Source: Selaginella moellendorffii (taxonomy: Eukaryota > Plantae > Lycopodiophyta). Taken from it: a stretch of 64,000 nt of DNA. Each line of letters begins with the position of its first letter. Positions within the stretch are counted from its first letter, which is position 1. The stretch lies in contig NW_003314306.1 in NCBI RefSeq assembly GCF_000143415.4, forward strand, positions 124,001-188,000, written 5' to 3'. Below the pieces are notes generated by a model. It was not told where the DNA came from and did not search any database. It was given only the letters and a program-made list of their open reading frames with translations. Shown piece after piece: positions 1-14,190 of this stretch. The position numbers and the translations under genes are program-made.

Positions 1-3000
1 CAGCAGCAGCAGCAGACTTTAGCTACGAATGTACAGGGACAGACCCCTTCTCCTCTGTCTCTGGGTGTCTACGACGATCCCAGCATTCTCCTCAAGTTCG
101 CTGCTGGTCCTGCTGCTCCGAGAAGAAAAAGCAAGAATAACTCTTTTGAGAGTGATCCGGAAGCATCGGCCGAGGATGAGGTAGAGGAGAAGCAACAGGT
201 CCAGAAAGTAAACGCAAGGTCCCGGTCACATTCTCCGTTGCTGTCGTCCAGAGATATTTCCAACAAAAGCAGGTCTCCAGTTGTCTCACGAGAAATTGCT
301 AACACGAGAGCCTTCAGCTTCCCAGATCCCGGTCAACAGCACTACCACTATACAGGAACCAACGAAGATGAGTTGGAGTGCTCGCAAGAACCAAAGCACG
401 GGTGTGGGATACCGTGGAACTGGTCCCGTCTGGGCCAGAAACCGAAGGGAAAAGGTTTCCTCGACAGCACGGGTAAAATGCTTCGTCCGGAAGTTTTAGC
501 AAGGAGGAAGGCTGGAGAGCATACGCTCTCAAGAAGCCAGTCCGAGTCAGGCCGGGAACTCGCTACGGCTATGTTCCAGCAGGACTGTCTATCGTATTCT
601 TCTGCCGGAAACTCGGACGCTGAGGCTCTTCCACTTTTGACAGAACCAGAGGCATCCGTAAGTGGTGACGTCGCTGCTTCGTCAGTAGAAGTTGACAGCG
701 ACAATGTCGTAGCGGCGAGAGGAGAATTAAACCCGAGGGGTATTTTAGCACCGAAAGGGAGGTCTCAAGTTACGACGGAAGCTCTCCAGGCAAGGTTGCG
801 AGAACGGCTGGGCTGGATATCCGAGCGAAGGGTGGTAGAAGGTGGTGGCAGTGATTTTAGGCAGAACAAAAGCTTAAGCTACAAATACCGGCCAAAGACG
901 TTTCGAGACATGGTTGGCCAGAACGTGGTGATGCAGTCGCTCGCAAATGCGGTTCTTAGAGGACGCATCGTTTCGCTCTATCTGTTTCAAGGTCCGCGGG
1001 GCACAGGCAAGAGCTCCGCAGCTCGGGTTTTCGCTGCTGCTTTGAACTGCCTTTCCTCCGAGGAGCTCAGACCGTGTGGCCTGTGCCGGGAGTGCGTTGC
1101 GCTGAACCTTGGCAAGAGCTTGGACGTTCGAGAATTCGACGCCTCGAGATTCAACGGCCTAGGCAGCGTGAAGGAGCTCTTGGAAGTTGCGATTCTACCT
1201 CCCTCCTCTGGTCGATACAGGCTTTCGGTCGTGGACGAAGTTCACACTCTGACTGCCGAGTCATGGAATTTCTTCCTGAAAGGCATGGAAGAGCTTCCGG
1301 GGAACTCGATCGTGATTTTGATAACGAGCAACCCAGAGCAGCTACCACGGACGCTGGGTTCAAGGTGCCAAAAGTATCCGTTTACCAAGCTCAAGGACCC
1401 GGACATTATCAGCAGGCTGCAGAAGCTGGCGACGAAAGAAAACATCGACATCGAGATAGAAGCTCTTGAACTCATTGCGTCGAGGTCGAATGGATCACTC
1501 AGGGACGCGGAAATGACCCTCGACCAGCTTGGCCTTTTGGGACAAGTAGTGACACTGTCTACATTGCAAGAACTTGTAAGTTAACGAGAGGTTAGTTGGC
1601 TGGTGGGCTGGAAAATTGATATAACGTTATACTTCTCCAGGTTGGGCTCCTTCCCGATGACAAGCTGATGGATTTGCTGGATTTTGCTCTTTCCGGAGAT
1701 ACCGTGAGCACCGTGAAAAGTGTGAGGAATCTGCTGGAATCTGGTGTCGAGCCTCTCGCTCTCATGTCGCAACTAGCTACTCTTATCACGGACATGCTTG
1801 CGGGGAGCTACAAACCGGTTTTAACTCAACGAAAGAGGCGTTTTTTTCACAAAATTGCGTGTGAGTCCTTTGTTTTCTTCTTGAGTTGATGCTGACGTGC
1901 GTCTTTTTTTATCAACAGTGAGCAAAGAAGACTTGGAGAGGCTACGACAGGCTTTAAAAATACTTTCTGAAGCGGAGAAGCAAGTCCGGGCTTCAAGCGA
2001 TCAAACTACCTGGCTAACAGCTGCTATTCTTCAGTTCGCACCAGATCGAGCATATATATTTCCAGCAAGTTCTAGCGGCTCGAGTGCGACTCAGAGTCTC
2101 GTTGGCAACGACACAAGCGAGAAAGAAACGATCGAATCAGATTCAGGAGCACTCAAGCAAGGGTGGGAACCGGAACACGAGCACTTTGAAAATCCGGTGG
2201 ATGACACAGCGGTATTTGCAAAACCGGAGGTACCTTGGGCCAACAAGAGCTTGTCCACTGTGCCGGAAGCAAGGATACACCCATACGTTCAAACGGCGTC
2301 CACCAACGACGGTATTGATGCAAGTTGATGATATCTATTTTCTAGTAACACCTATTCGCTGTCCTGCAGGACACGACACTTGTGCTTTTGATCAAAAAAG
2401 GCTGGACGACGTCTGGCAAAAAGCACTGAAGAACAGCCGGTCCAAATCCTTGAAGCATTTGCTTCGTCACGGAAAATTGATATCCTTATCGATGCAAGAA
2501 GGTACGCATCTGGCAATACGACATTTATCTTTCCTTGACAGCAGTGTCAATGCTGGATGGCAGTGCAAGCTACGGTTGAAATCGAGTTCCAGCATTCCAA
2601 ACAGAAGGCCAAGGCTGAAAAGTCAAGATCACGTATAAGCCATGCGTTTCAGTCGTCACTGGGTTGTCCCGTGGAGGTTCAAATCAAACTGGCGTCAAAG
2701 CTACTCGAGCACGATAAGAAACGCGTTTCACTGCATCCACTTCGCGGTGACCATCTCCACCGAAAGCCCGGTTTCGGTGTCAAGCGAGACGGAGAAACGT
2801 CACCAAGTCAACACTCTCAGCAGCGTCCTCAGGGAATCGAAGAAGAGCGCCTGGAAACTGCCTGGGCTCGACAGAGCACACCATCGATAACTCCCTCGGA
2901 TCCTTCGTACTACTCGGCAGGGAAAGAATGGAGCTCGGCTCCACCCGGTAGAGCTCCACTGGGCTTGGTGATCCAGCGACAGGGACCGACGCTAGCCAAT

Positions 3001-3499
3001 CTCTCGGAGCGAGAAAGCCACAGCCATAGCCAGGCCTCGCAGTACGATCTCAAGTTCCAGAAAGTGAGGCACCTTGGTCCGGAAGTTTTAACTCCAAGAG
3101 AAGCAGGCTTCGAGCACGCCAACCTGTGAGTTCCATTGTTTTAATTTTTTGGTTTCTCGTAACGCTTCCCTTGTTCCAGGAGGCTGGAATCCCGCACAAA
3201 GTCCAACCGGCGGCTACTGTGCTGCTGGCGATCGTCGCCAAGGTCAGACGAGGAAAAGCGACGCAGGAAAGAAGAGAAGAAGGTAACCAAGACCAATTCT
3301 AGTTTTGCTTTGCATTTCTCTAGAAGTTCTTCGCATGTTTTTTGTCATTCTCTCATTCTTTTCTTTTCCCACTTTCCAGGCAGCGAAACAAAGACGACGG
3401 CGGCGGCGGCGCGCGTGTTTCTTCATGAGAATCGTCCCGTGCGCTGGGAGCCACGGCTGCAAGTCACTCTGCGCCTTCACACGCCAGCACGCCGCGTGA
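1..3499 (+). CDS. STICHEL-like protein (DNA polymerase III gamma/tau-like AAA+ ATPase); 5' end outside window
   Basis: Frame is open from base 1. Motifs GCGIPWNWSR, KYRPKTFRDMVGQ, Walker A GPRGTGKS, Zn motif C..RPCGLCREC, DEVH, SRCQ, GSLRDAEMTLDQL. Approximate exons <1-1575, 1641-1860, 1919-2311, 2370-2501, 2564-3125, 3180-3282, 3380-3499 with GT-AG introns. Confidence 0.9.
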
Positions 3500-5216
3500 G
3501 CGCCACGTCACCGCACGTCCGCCACGTCACAGGGGAATCTGCCATGTCGGCCCGTCCGTACGGGAGGGGGAGCAGCCCGTACGATCCTCCAAGATACTAT
3601 AGCTAGCAAAGTAGTTGTTTTTAATTCTTTCCTTGTGCCAAGCCAAACAAAACATGGTCGCATTCGTGCTGCGCCATCACATCGCACTCAAAGTCGAAAT
3701 CCCTCTGCTGCTCGTGGATCAAGCTTCCTCCAGGCAAGTGGTGCTTGGGCCGTATGGCCAGAAATCAAATCTTGGTGGACAGTACCAATACGGCAGGGGT
3801 ACGGCCCGTACGCCCAGCCTTCCTCAAGTGGCGGAAGGTGAGCCATACCAAACCTAGGCCATTAGTGCATTTGACTGGCAGTGGTACTGGAAATATGCCG
3901 CCCTTTCGCTTGAAAATTCTTTTCCACAAGAAAGCATTAACAAAAGAAAAAGTTGGCGGCCGTCCGGACTCCGCCACCTTTTCTTGTTTTTTTTATGTAC
4001 ATGATTTGTTTGATATAGTTCTTTCCTTTGTATTATTCCTCTTCCAAGGCTTTGCGGATTGAATCAAGATGCGCCGCGTCTCGTTTTTAAAAAAAAAGGG
4101 AAAATAACGGGGAAAAGGATCTTCCCGGAAGCTTCTCCGTATAAACCCTAGCTAGTCCCTCCCCCGGAAAGTGGGAAATGGAAAGGGACCGACCGACGCT
4201 GGACCGGGCTGGTGGTCTATTTTGACGGGTTCCACGTTGCCGGGTAAAAAGAAGGGTAAATAAAGGGAAAGTTGGGGCTAGTCCACGTGTACTAGGGCGG
4301 TGGTGGTGGTCCTCGTCGCAACGTCACCGCCAAATAAACGGGACGGTCACCTGACCGCCGTTGGATCCACCGAATCAACGGATGGATGCGCTGGGTAGCC
4401 GGAGCGGAGATGTTGCCGGTGGGTAATTTTCAGTGTCAATGTCCTCCCCTCTCTTTTTGAAAAGCATGAAATTTAAATTGTTTTTCCTATACCATGTAAG
4501 CTACATTTTACCGCGCACATGCCGTGTTGACCTTGGGGTAAATATCGGACGCCCTTGCCACGTCACTTGCCGACATGCCGAGCCAAGAAGTTGCGTGTCG
4601 CGTTAATAGCCGTTGGATCTGGATCGGGCGGTCACCCTACTCCACCGGTGGAATCTTCGCGCGGCGAAACGATCGAAAAAGTGTGTATTTCTTTGGTTCC
4701 ATAGAAATGGGCTAAAATTTAACCAGTTTTGGTAGTAGGGTTGTGTCGCATTTTTCTTGCCGAAGAGTGGGGAGAGACCGCCATCGTTCTACAGCGTTGT
4801 TTTTTTCCTCTCTTTCTCTTGCGAGGGCTCCTCGCGCCGCGCCAGGAAGAACAGTGATTCTGGAATGCGGCGACCAGACGCCAGCGATTCCGGAGGAAGA
4901 GGAGGAGGTGTTTGTCGCGGCGCGCCTTGATTTCGAGCTAGTTTCTTTCCCTCCGATCCGCGCGCGCTGCCGATCGATCCAGCCGATTGGATCGATATTT
5001 CGTAGGTCTGGTGCTTCCATTCTCCTTACCGCTCCTCCCTTGCTTCCAGGGAGAGATTGGGATCGATATTTCGGTGCTTCCAATCTTCTTGCTCCTGCCG
5101 GGAGAGGTTTGGATCGATATTTCGGAGGACTTGTGCCAAATCTTCCTCTTGGCCGAGGGAAGATCGAGGTAGATAGATAGATTGTCGCTGGAATTGCGAG
5201 ACCATTTTTCCACGCG

Positions 5217-6401
5217 ATGAGCTGCAACGGATGCCGGGTTCTTCGCAAGGGATGCAGCGATAGCTGCGCCTTGAGGCCGTGCTTGCAGTGGATCGAGGGC
5301 GCCGAGGCGCAGGGCCACGCGACGGTGTTCGTCGCCAAGTTCTTCGGACGAGCGGGGCTCATGGGCTTCATCGCCGCCGTCCCAGAGAATCAGAGACCAG
5401 GTAAGCCTCCTTCCCTCCCTCCCAAGTCTTTGGACCCCGCGATGGAATCATGACTTGCATTGTCTGGATTGGTTTTGGCAGCTCTCTTCCGGTCGCTCCT
5501 CTACGAGGCCTGTGGAAGAACAGTGAATCCCGTCTATGGCGCAGTGGGCCTTCTCTGGTCGGGCAACTGGCACGTCTGCCAAGCCGCCGTGGACACTGTT
5601 CTTCGCGGCGGATCGCTCAAGCCCGCTGGAAGCTCTCCATCGAATCTCCCCTGCTATGGCCCGATGCCAAATCTCCCCCGGCTCCACATCAAATCCGCCA
5701 CGCCATCGCCATCGCCATCGCCATCACCACCGCAGCCCCCGGCCCCGGATCACCACAATGACGTGAAGCGTTTCAAAGCGCTCGACCACCACCACCACCA
5801 CCAGAGCCAGAGTCTCGTCAAGGCCGGCGGCTGCGATGTGGGACACGTCACCCTGGGCGGGCGATCGGGGCCGTCGGATCGCCCATTGCTGGTAGCTGTG
5901 AAGAGGGAGAGAGAGGAAGCGGCCGAGCTTGTTGCCCCTGTGGCGAGGAGGCCACGCGTCTCCCGCCCGGGGCTCTGCCAACTGGAGCCCATCTCCGCCG
6001 TCGATGAGGAGCTCATCGACCTAGATCTGACGCTCAGCTCGCACCCGCCAACACCGCAGCTGTTTTTGCCACCCCGCAAGAACAACGCTACGAACATCAG
6101 CTTGACGACCGCCACCGCCACCGCCGCCGCCGCCACCACCACCACCGCCACCCCCGCCGTCGCCATTCCTCGCGTGGCCAGCCCGGTTTCGTGTAGCAAC
6201 TCGTTTAGCTCCGAGGGGTCTGTGACCAGCTTGGACACGGCCGATTTCATCGCCTCCAATTGCCACACCGTGGCCGCCACCACCAGCGGCATCCCGGGGA
6301 TGGATTTACTCCAGAGAATGGAGCGAAGGCAGCACCACCATCACCACCACCACCACCACCACTATGGTCACCATCAGCGCAGGGAGCTCCAGCAGCAGTA
6401 G
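5217..6401 (+). CDS. Class II LOB-domain (LBD37-42-like) transcription factor
   Basis: [26 protein letters not shown]...[11 protein letters not shown], intron 5401-5481, then [40 protein letters not shown]-like DLDLTL and poly-His/poly-Thr tracts. Confidence 0.93.
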
Positions 6402-7682
6402 AGCAGTCATGGAGCATGAGTGTGTGAAGAGGACTTCTCTTCTCCCAAATTTTTTGGACTTTTTTTTTTTTTCTTCTTCTTTTTGGCAGTGATCCCCATC
6501 TGTCAGGTCCTTGAGCACTTAGCCTTCAGTCAGAGAACAGTCACACTTGCTTGTCATGCAAGAAAGGAAAAAGCTTTCGCCCAGAGGGACACAGAGGGAA
6601 GAGTCCACCACCTTTTTTGGAGAGGAAAGCGGCATTGCCCTCTATCTAGAAAGAACTTTTTAGTAGTCCCAACTGCCACGTCAACGCCTTGTTGTCCACG
6701 TCATTTCTATTTTTATTTAATTCTGTCACGCTTATTCTAGCTCGCAAGATTTCTGGCCACAAGCTTGGAGGATTCGTGGAAGAACTTGATCCCTCCCCGA
6801 CGTTTCTTCCCATTTTCATGGAGCTGGACGGAGAGATTCGAGGTGGCGGGGTTGATGGGATGGTGGACGTGACAACCGAGCAATCTATAAGTCAAGATTT
6901 TGCGGGATTTTCTTTGACATATGGGAGGCGTGTAGCAACGTGGGGGCGAGGTTTGATCGGTCACGGGGGCGATGATGCTGCTGCTACAAGTTTTTAGAGG
7001 TCACACGTTTGCAAAGTATCTGCATTTGTCACCCTGATAAGATTGTAATAGATCAATCTGTTCTTCTTCCTTTGTGATTTTTTCTTCCTTTTTTGCTTTT
7101 CTCTCCAAGAATCCGGGGAGCTTTTCACCTGTGGTGATGGAGCATTTGGACAACTCGACCATGAAGTCGAGGTTGCCTGTGGAATCCGCCACACTAAAAT
7201 TTATCTCCTTGCGTGGTTAGCTGAATCTTTGTGATTCCGATAATGAGGGATTACTGGTAGGAAAATGTGACGGCCTTGTTGTCAAAGCTTTTGGACTAGG
7301 CATTTCATCCAACGAGCTCAACAAAGTGACAAGCAACTCCATCGCCAGATTTGTCAGCATTTCATGATCAATCGGATGCTTGCGTACCGTTCCTCGCAAG
7401 TGAAGAGCTTAATCTTTCCAATGCTTCGGTTTTCCTTGTTTGTTCAAGACAAGAATACAATCCGTGAAAGCATTAACGGGCGAAATTCTACTTACAGAGA
7501 ACAAGAGTTGGAAAAAACACAAAGTAGTTTCCGTAGCGCGGCTTCGTTCTTTTGATTCATACGAAGGCTCTAATGTTTTCAGCTGCTGGTCCCAACGCTA
7601 CAAGGCCAGAGAACTCCTTTGGAAGTTCTTTCTTCGATGGTCAGAAACTTCGACTGCTTCAGTGTGATCAATCTTGGCAACT

Positions 7683-8847
7683 TTAAGATTTGAGCTTCTT
7701 ATTTGCAGGAGGTTCGAGGCTCTTGGCAGCTTCAATCCATCTCAAGGCACCACCCGAGAGTTTGAGATGGCACCAATGCTGCTCATGCTTCAAAATCCAC
7801 TGGAAAAAAGGACGCAAATCCGAATCTTTCCAAATGCCGTCCTCTGGTGCATGAAGATCCTCAAGCACATTCTGGAAATATGCCTCCACAAAGACACGCT
7901 CGTCGCAGCTGTTTGCCCCGTTTGCCAGATGGTCCGCAGCAGCTCCAGCATGCCAAGCGCAGAAGTGACCATACTCCTTGATGGGACAAACCGGCGCTCC
8001 ACAGCTTCCACACAGCGTACTGCAAGTCGTCCTCCACTCGGATCCAGAGGAGCGCAGCGCAGTATATTTCCAATTGATGCAGTCTGGACTCCCGTGGCGT
8101 GGTTGCCAAAGGCTTGATGCAACTTGGTGAAGAGCATTTTCTTGGCGAAGGCTTCGATATCGCCTTGCGACCCCTGTGGGAACACAGCTCGAGCTTCCAT
8201 CAACTCCGCCTCCATTGCATCCCTGTAGATGCCCCAGAGACCCTCTGCGCCACCTTCACTGTTCCTGCGCAAGAGCTCCGCAGCCGCTCGCACCAACAGC
8301 GAGCTCACACCAGGAAAGGAAGTAATGCAGCACGGCGCCTTGTCCACTGGGGAGCACGGTAGCAGGAAGTACTGGAACGATCTAAGCAGCTTTGCCTCTT
8401 CTGGAACTGCGCCAAAGATCTCAGTGCGTGAAGTCGTGACACGCATCAGCGCAAAGTCGCAGCCTTCGTCCCTGGATATGGTTTCCAGATTGTAGCGTGG
8501 CCTTTCGGCCATAGAGAAGTGCTGTGATCGCACAAAGTCACCGGTTAGGCACCGGGAAGACAACTTGGCCACACGAGCAGACGTAAGGAGGAAATGTGGG
8601 CTGAGCGCCACGCCACTGCCGAAGTGAGCCATCATCCCACCATCCACACTGTGGAGCCTGTGCGTTGCGCGAATGGCCTCCTTGAGTATGGCCCGGTTTC
8701 TATACACCGGCCAGCTCGGGCTCTCGGAAGTGGGGACATCACCCTCGGGGAAGATGCGCAATGAACACCCAACACTCGAGTGAATTTACCCTTCCGCGAT
8801 GGATCTGTGTCTTTGACTGCTAAACCTCCTGAAACCTCTTCCGCCAT
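7683..8847 (-). pseudogene. Trypsin-fold peptidase-like gene, frameshifted
   Basis: GSGVALSPHFLLTSARV and DFALMRV in ORF 7790-8761; CSTLCGSCGAPV...WHAG continues in a different frame (about 8025-7683). 5' exon structure uncertain. Confidence 0.55.
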
Positions 8848-11800
8848 CGCTCGCGCCAGCCCTATTCAGGATTTAGGGTTGGTACTATCTGAAGATATAC
8901 TGGTTGCATTTTACCTCAGAAATTAATTTTTATAAAAAACAAGTCAAAATTAATTCTTTAATAGTATTCTAGATTCTAGCCATACCAGTGCAGGCGCGAT
9001 GGTATGTCCAGATTTGTTCTGGCCGTCGATGCAGATCCTAGTTGCACTGCTGCAATTCCTCAAGTAGTAGCATTCCTTCACACCAGCTAGAAATCGAAGA
9101 GGGACTTTAGTCCTCCACGCTACTCTTTATGTTTGCTTGGCTTGGCTGTGGAGGAGTGGCCATTGGAGGTCTTGGTGTTGAGACGATGTGGAAATTCTTG
9201 TGGCAGCTGATAATGCACTCTCTCTCTCTACTGTGAAGATCATGAGGCTGGTCTTCAAGTTCTCAGTGGAATAGCAGTGTGGCTGCTACAATGGTGGAGA
9301 ACGTGGCAGATAGTGCAGCTGTGATGGTGGAGAGTTGGACAATAGTGATCCACTATGCAAGGACCCTAGGATCTGTAATACTCCTTTCCTCCACTGTGCG
9401 ATAGGCATTTGGTTACAAACATTTTGGGTATTTAGATGTAAATGTTTTATATGAGAAACTTTGGAAGCATATCCACAAGATTCTTGCCAGTGGCAGCTCC
9501 AAGTTTGATCTTCAAGGCCCTGATCATGTTCAGTTGGGACCCCAACCTTTGCTGATCGTGTTCAGTTGGAAGGGTGGCTGTTTTTTTTTCAAAAGAACTT
9601 TAATTTCAACCCTAAAATGGAAGTAACATCTAATGATTGAATTTTAGCATCTAGCAAATGATTTTGGCACTTTCAGAGTGATGACACCTAATTTGGCATG
9701 GTCCCATGTTGTTAAGTTCTTCACTTATGCTTCTAGCAAAGGAGTTAAGGATTCAAGGTATGCAAAAATGTATAGTAGTCCACCAGAACAAATTAAAGTG
9801 CACTTGCTAGAGTTTTTGGGCATGATTTTAAAGTATATAATGCTTTAAACATTCATCCCTATGTTCAGGAATAAGCTCATTGAATGTTTGTGAAATAAAT
9901 TGCAAATGTCTTTTTAGCTTTACCTTTTACGTTAAATTATTGCCATTCAAAAAAGTCCAGATCAATCATGCATGCAGATGACATGTGGTGGCATTTAGTA
10001 CATGACTGTGAGGCAAGCCTCAATGTGGTGGTGTGACAGAAAAATTACAATTGCAATTGAACAAACTCTTATAACCTTAGATTCAAAGATTTTTTGAAAA
10101 ACAACTCAATACAAAAATGGATTTGTGAAAAAAGTGCAAGAGATTTTTAAAAAATAATAATGAATTGTTAATAAGGGTCTCAGCCATCCAAAGCTGTCAA
10201 TGAAAGTTTACCATCTGTAAACAGATGGTAAATATGTTGCATTGATGCTCTAAGCACAGCCTTTAACCTAGAAAGCTCCATCAAGCTTGGGAGAGGTTTG
10301 CATTGATTATTTTTATGGCTTGCTATTTGTGAGAGAATATACTTCTATATAAAAACCACTAGAAAACAAAAAATTAATTATAGTAAAGTAAATAGTAAAC
10401 TACATAAATTAATTAATGTTGATCTCACTAATTTGACTATAAGTGATCGAAATTGCCATTGAAAAAACTTCATTTAAGATCACTACCTCAGGCTAGAGTG
10501 ACTTGAAGTGATCAAAGTCTTGTCAAGCACTTTACTAGGGCATTATCTCAAAGATCTTCCTTAGAGAATAAAATCACCAGTTTGGACATATGTAGCTGTG
10601 AGAGGTGGAATATGGCATTTGCAAACAAGCACAAGATTGATTGAGCCAAGGATCTGTTTAATTGCATATAATTTCTCACATTCACAAACAAATCTATTGC
10701 TTGATTGATGAGGCACCTGTTTTGCACAAAGCTCTAGCCTGCCAAAGGCAAATGGAATGCCACTCCAACCTCTACTATCTTGTAACACTATTGTTTATAG
10801 GTTACTATGAAAACCAGAGAGAATTGCATAAAGAGTGATTTTGCTCTATCCAAGTGCCTCAATCTATACACCACAAAAATTGGTGTCCCCAAGGCCATGT
10901 ACTATTCTGACATTATAGGTTTCTTCTCTAATGCTTTACAATGCTTTAAACATGAACTCTAAACAGAATATGGTTTATATTAGATCTAAGTATATATAAT
11001 TAGCATTGAACCTGATTATAAATTTAAATATTCTTGGATATTCTAAAACTTTTTCTTCCTGTTACATGCAGTAATGCTTGGTTTGCTTAATAGTAGTGTT
11101 ATTCCTATTATTAATCCAATTGATTAAATGGAAGTTTATAATTAAAAAACAAGACTAATATTATTGCATATCAACCATTACATGGTAGAATAAAAAATAA
11201 TATACTAGAAAGTGTTCATGAAAGTTTATAAACTACAAACATGTTTATAATCTATAAGTGTAAGATTAATCTAAATGAATAACAACTGTTAGATGGTAGA
11301 ATATCCAAGAATATCAAAGCATATTTTAGGTATATTCACTACCATCCCCCTAAAGGTTTAACCAATAATAAAATTATGTGAAGGAAAGACCTTCCTAATA
11401 TAGGTATTTGATTAATCGCTAAAATGCTTTAATAAGATAAAAGCTCTCACATTGAAATACAATCATGTTCTTAATAGTTCCAGAATGTGGCATTTTGTGT
11501 TCTTTGTCAAGTACATGCTCATATCTCCTACATGAGTGTGGGTCTAGCTAAATAATACACTCAAATAAATTTGTTTAATTAATTATGAACAGCAAGCTTT
11601 GTGGCTCTCCATAGATGAAGTGTTAAATTGGATCTACAAGCCCATTGATCACTAGTTTGTATTGCCCAGGACTTTGAAGACCCAGGAGAGGCTACTGCCA
11701 CCAGATTTCACCCACCCTTAAAAGAATTCTAAACCTAGGAAAATCTCACTTCCACCAAATAGATGGCAATGCTAGTGCTAGACTTTGAAGTTTGGCTAAT

Positions 11801-12899
11801 TTCCAATTATTATAATAACCAACCAGCTTTCAGCCTCTTTAAATGTGACCATATCTGCCTGTGTGCCTCTGCTTGCATAATCAATCTCAAAGCCAAGGAT
11901 TTCTGCCCCAATCCTAGTTGCACCAACAAAGGCATTAGCATCTCTCAAGGCCACCATAGCTCATCATGAGATTTGTGCCTTCTAATATCCAGCTTTTGCT
12001 AATGGTAGCTGCTTGTTAATCCTAAGCAGCTGAATTACATAAATCTTCTCTAAAAGTAAGAACATAAAATTCAAATATGGTGTTCAATAATAGTTTGTAT
12101 TCTCAATGTGTTCAATATATTATCAAACATATAATATTAATAAAATCTATTTCAAAATAAAATTCTAAAAAATTAAAAGCCATTAGATTATAAATAAATA
12201 AAAATACAGAAGAAAAAGAAATTATTTAAAATAAAATTTACCAAGAGTAGAATAGAAACAATAATATTGAAACCATCCAAATTGTGAAGTGGCAAAATCC
12301 AAAATATGAAACAAAATATCCTAGATATTGGCACTAACCTGGCTTCAATAATTACACCATTGATAACCAAATCTATTATTTTAAATTTAAATTAGTTTAT
12401 GATTTAATTTTTCTTTCAACATAATTATTTTTAAAATTATCTCTTAAATATTTAGATTTATAATTATGTTTAATGTATAATGCTTATGACAATCAGAATG
12501 TTGGACCAAAAGGGGAGTGTACCTTAGGTGGGTTGCATGGAAGAGAATTAAATTATATGCAAGATAAATCAATTTAAAACATGTATCCAAAGGTTCTTTT
12601 ATAACTGTGTTAGGTGGGTGGCTTTTTATACATCAACACCAATGTATGAATTATTCAAGTGCCAGCTCATAAGAAAATTCATGTCAATGCCATTATAATA
12701 TATATAAATTTTTTATCATTCCATAAATTGGGAATCCAACATAGCTTATTAGCATGTGGGATACATTTTTGCAGCATGGGCTCTTATCCAAACCTTAACA
12801 TGACCAAGAAGAAAGAGCTCCTATGCTCAAGATCTCATGTACTCACATGCAGGATCAAGCACAATCCATAAAAAGTAAGAGAAACCCTGCTCACCCACA

Positions 12900-13045
12900 A
12901 AACAAACAAGAGACTGTAGAAAGGCATCCCATCAAACAATCACTGTGCCTCCTCCAGATCCCCAGCCATGGCAATTGCTGCAATAGCAACATTCCAGCTG
13001 ACAAGATTCTTCCTTGGGTTTTTCTCAAACACCTGCCTGGCCTTG
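12900..13045 (-). pseudogene. PPR gene relic
   Basis: LFKARQVFEKNPRKNLVSWNVAIAAIAMAGDLEEAQ*LFDGMP is a PLS-type PPR repeat with an internal stop. Confidence 0.65.
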
Positions 13046-14049
13046 AATAATTGCAAATAATGACACTGATGTTTAATACTATTATAATCAAAAGAGTGTT
13101 TGCTAACTGGGCTGCATATGTTGGGCAATAACTAGTTACATATATAAGATAAAGTTCTTCCAGCTAAAACACATGTTAACTCTCAAATATTTAATGGTCA
13201 TTTTATTAATTTTAGTTGAAGCACAAAAAAATTTCTATGTGTATTTTTTTAATATAATAACAGGTAATGAAAGAATTGCAATCCAATCACTGTCCAAGAC
13301 ACCGTACCATATACAACATCTGGGGGCATTGAGGCCTGATTGCCATCCATGATGCTATAGACAACAAAACCTGCCTAATTTCTAGATGGGCAAACCAAGT
13401 GATTTCACTCATTTCTAGCATTTGATAAAGCCTTATCACATAGCAGTAATAAACTTATTACTGGGTTGGATGAGGAGATTGAAGAGGAATTTATGGAGTA
13501 GCTGCTGTCCAACATCCAGGTGGTTTGATCAAGATCGCCCGAGCCCCCCAAACTCTCATCTTAGAGATACCGAAGTTATTGTCTAAAACCATCCAAGCTC
13601 AGTTGGTAGAGTGTCAGACTGGACTGACTGGATTATGCAAACACCCCACACCGACACTGCGGCATTTGCTGGAAGCCTGGATGAGGAGATTGAGGAGGAA
13701 CTTGAACTTGTAGTCGCTGTCCCTTAATGGTGCTCACCTTGCTGGATGGATCGTGGAAAAAACTAGATCCAGAGCAATCTTTGCCGCATATGTCACCAGG
13801 CTGCCTGCGGGCCCGTTATGGCCCAGGAACATAAAACCATGGTCTCTCTCATTGTTTTGAGTTGTGGACTTGCAGATGTGAGCTTGGTGGCTGCAAAGGA
13901 CGACCTCGGCTAGACAGAATATTTTCCCTCATTTTTATGTTTCTTCATTTCAAGCTCAAAATATCAGGAATCTCCTCCACACCAGCTAACAACGAATAAA
14001 AAATAATGTGGTGAGCGTGGATCCAACACGTGGCGTCCCCCTGTTTGCC

Positions 14050-14190
14050 CCCATTCCACGTGACTGGATTGTGAAATTTAATTCCATCGAAGAGATCACG
14101 CACTCGACCAAGATACCCCTTTTGGGCATGACGTTTCCATGAGATTAATCTTGGAGAAGACCCAGCATGCATTGCCAACAGGGTTTGCAA
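14050..14190 (-). pseudogene. PPR gene relic
   Basis: PRLISWKRHAQKGYLGRVRDLFDGIKFHNPVTWN resembles a PPR repeat. Confidence 0.5.

Noticed and set aside
238-1584. Bacterial dnaX-like ORF suggesting horizontal transfer or contamination
   Set aside because: Spliceosomal introns and the GCGIPW motif identify the known plant STICHEL family.
6994-7660. Short coding-like minus-strand ORFs downstream of the protease relic
   Set aside because: Fragmented, with no recognisable family.
13596-13621. tRNA-Phe-like 5' fragment AGCTCAGTTGGTAGAGTGTCAGACTG; also a B-box-like GGATCGAAACC near 23424
   Set aside because: Neither forms a full cloverleaf; at most tRNA or SINE relics.
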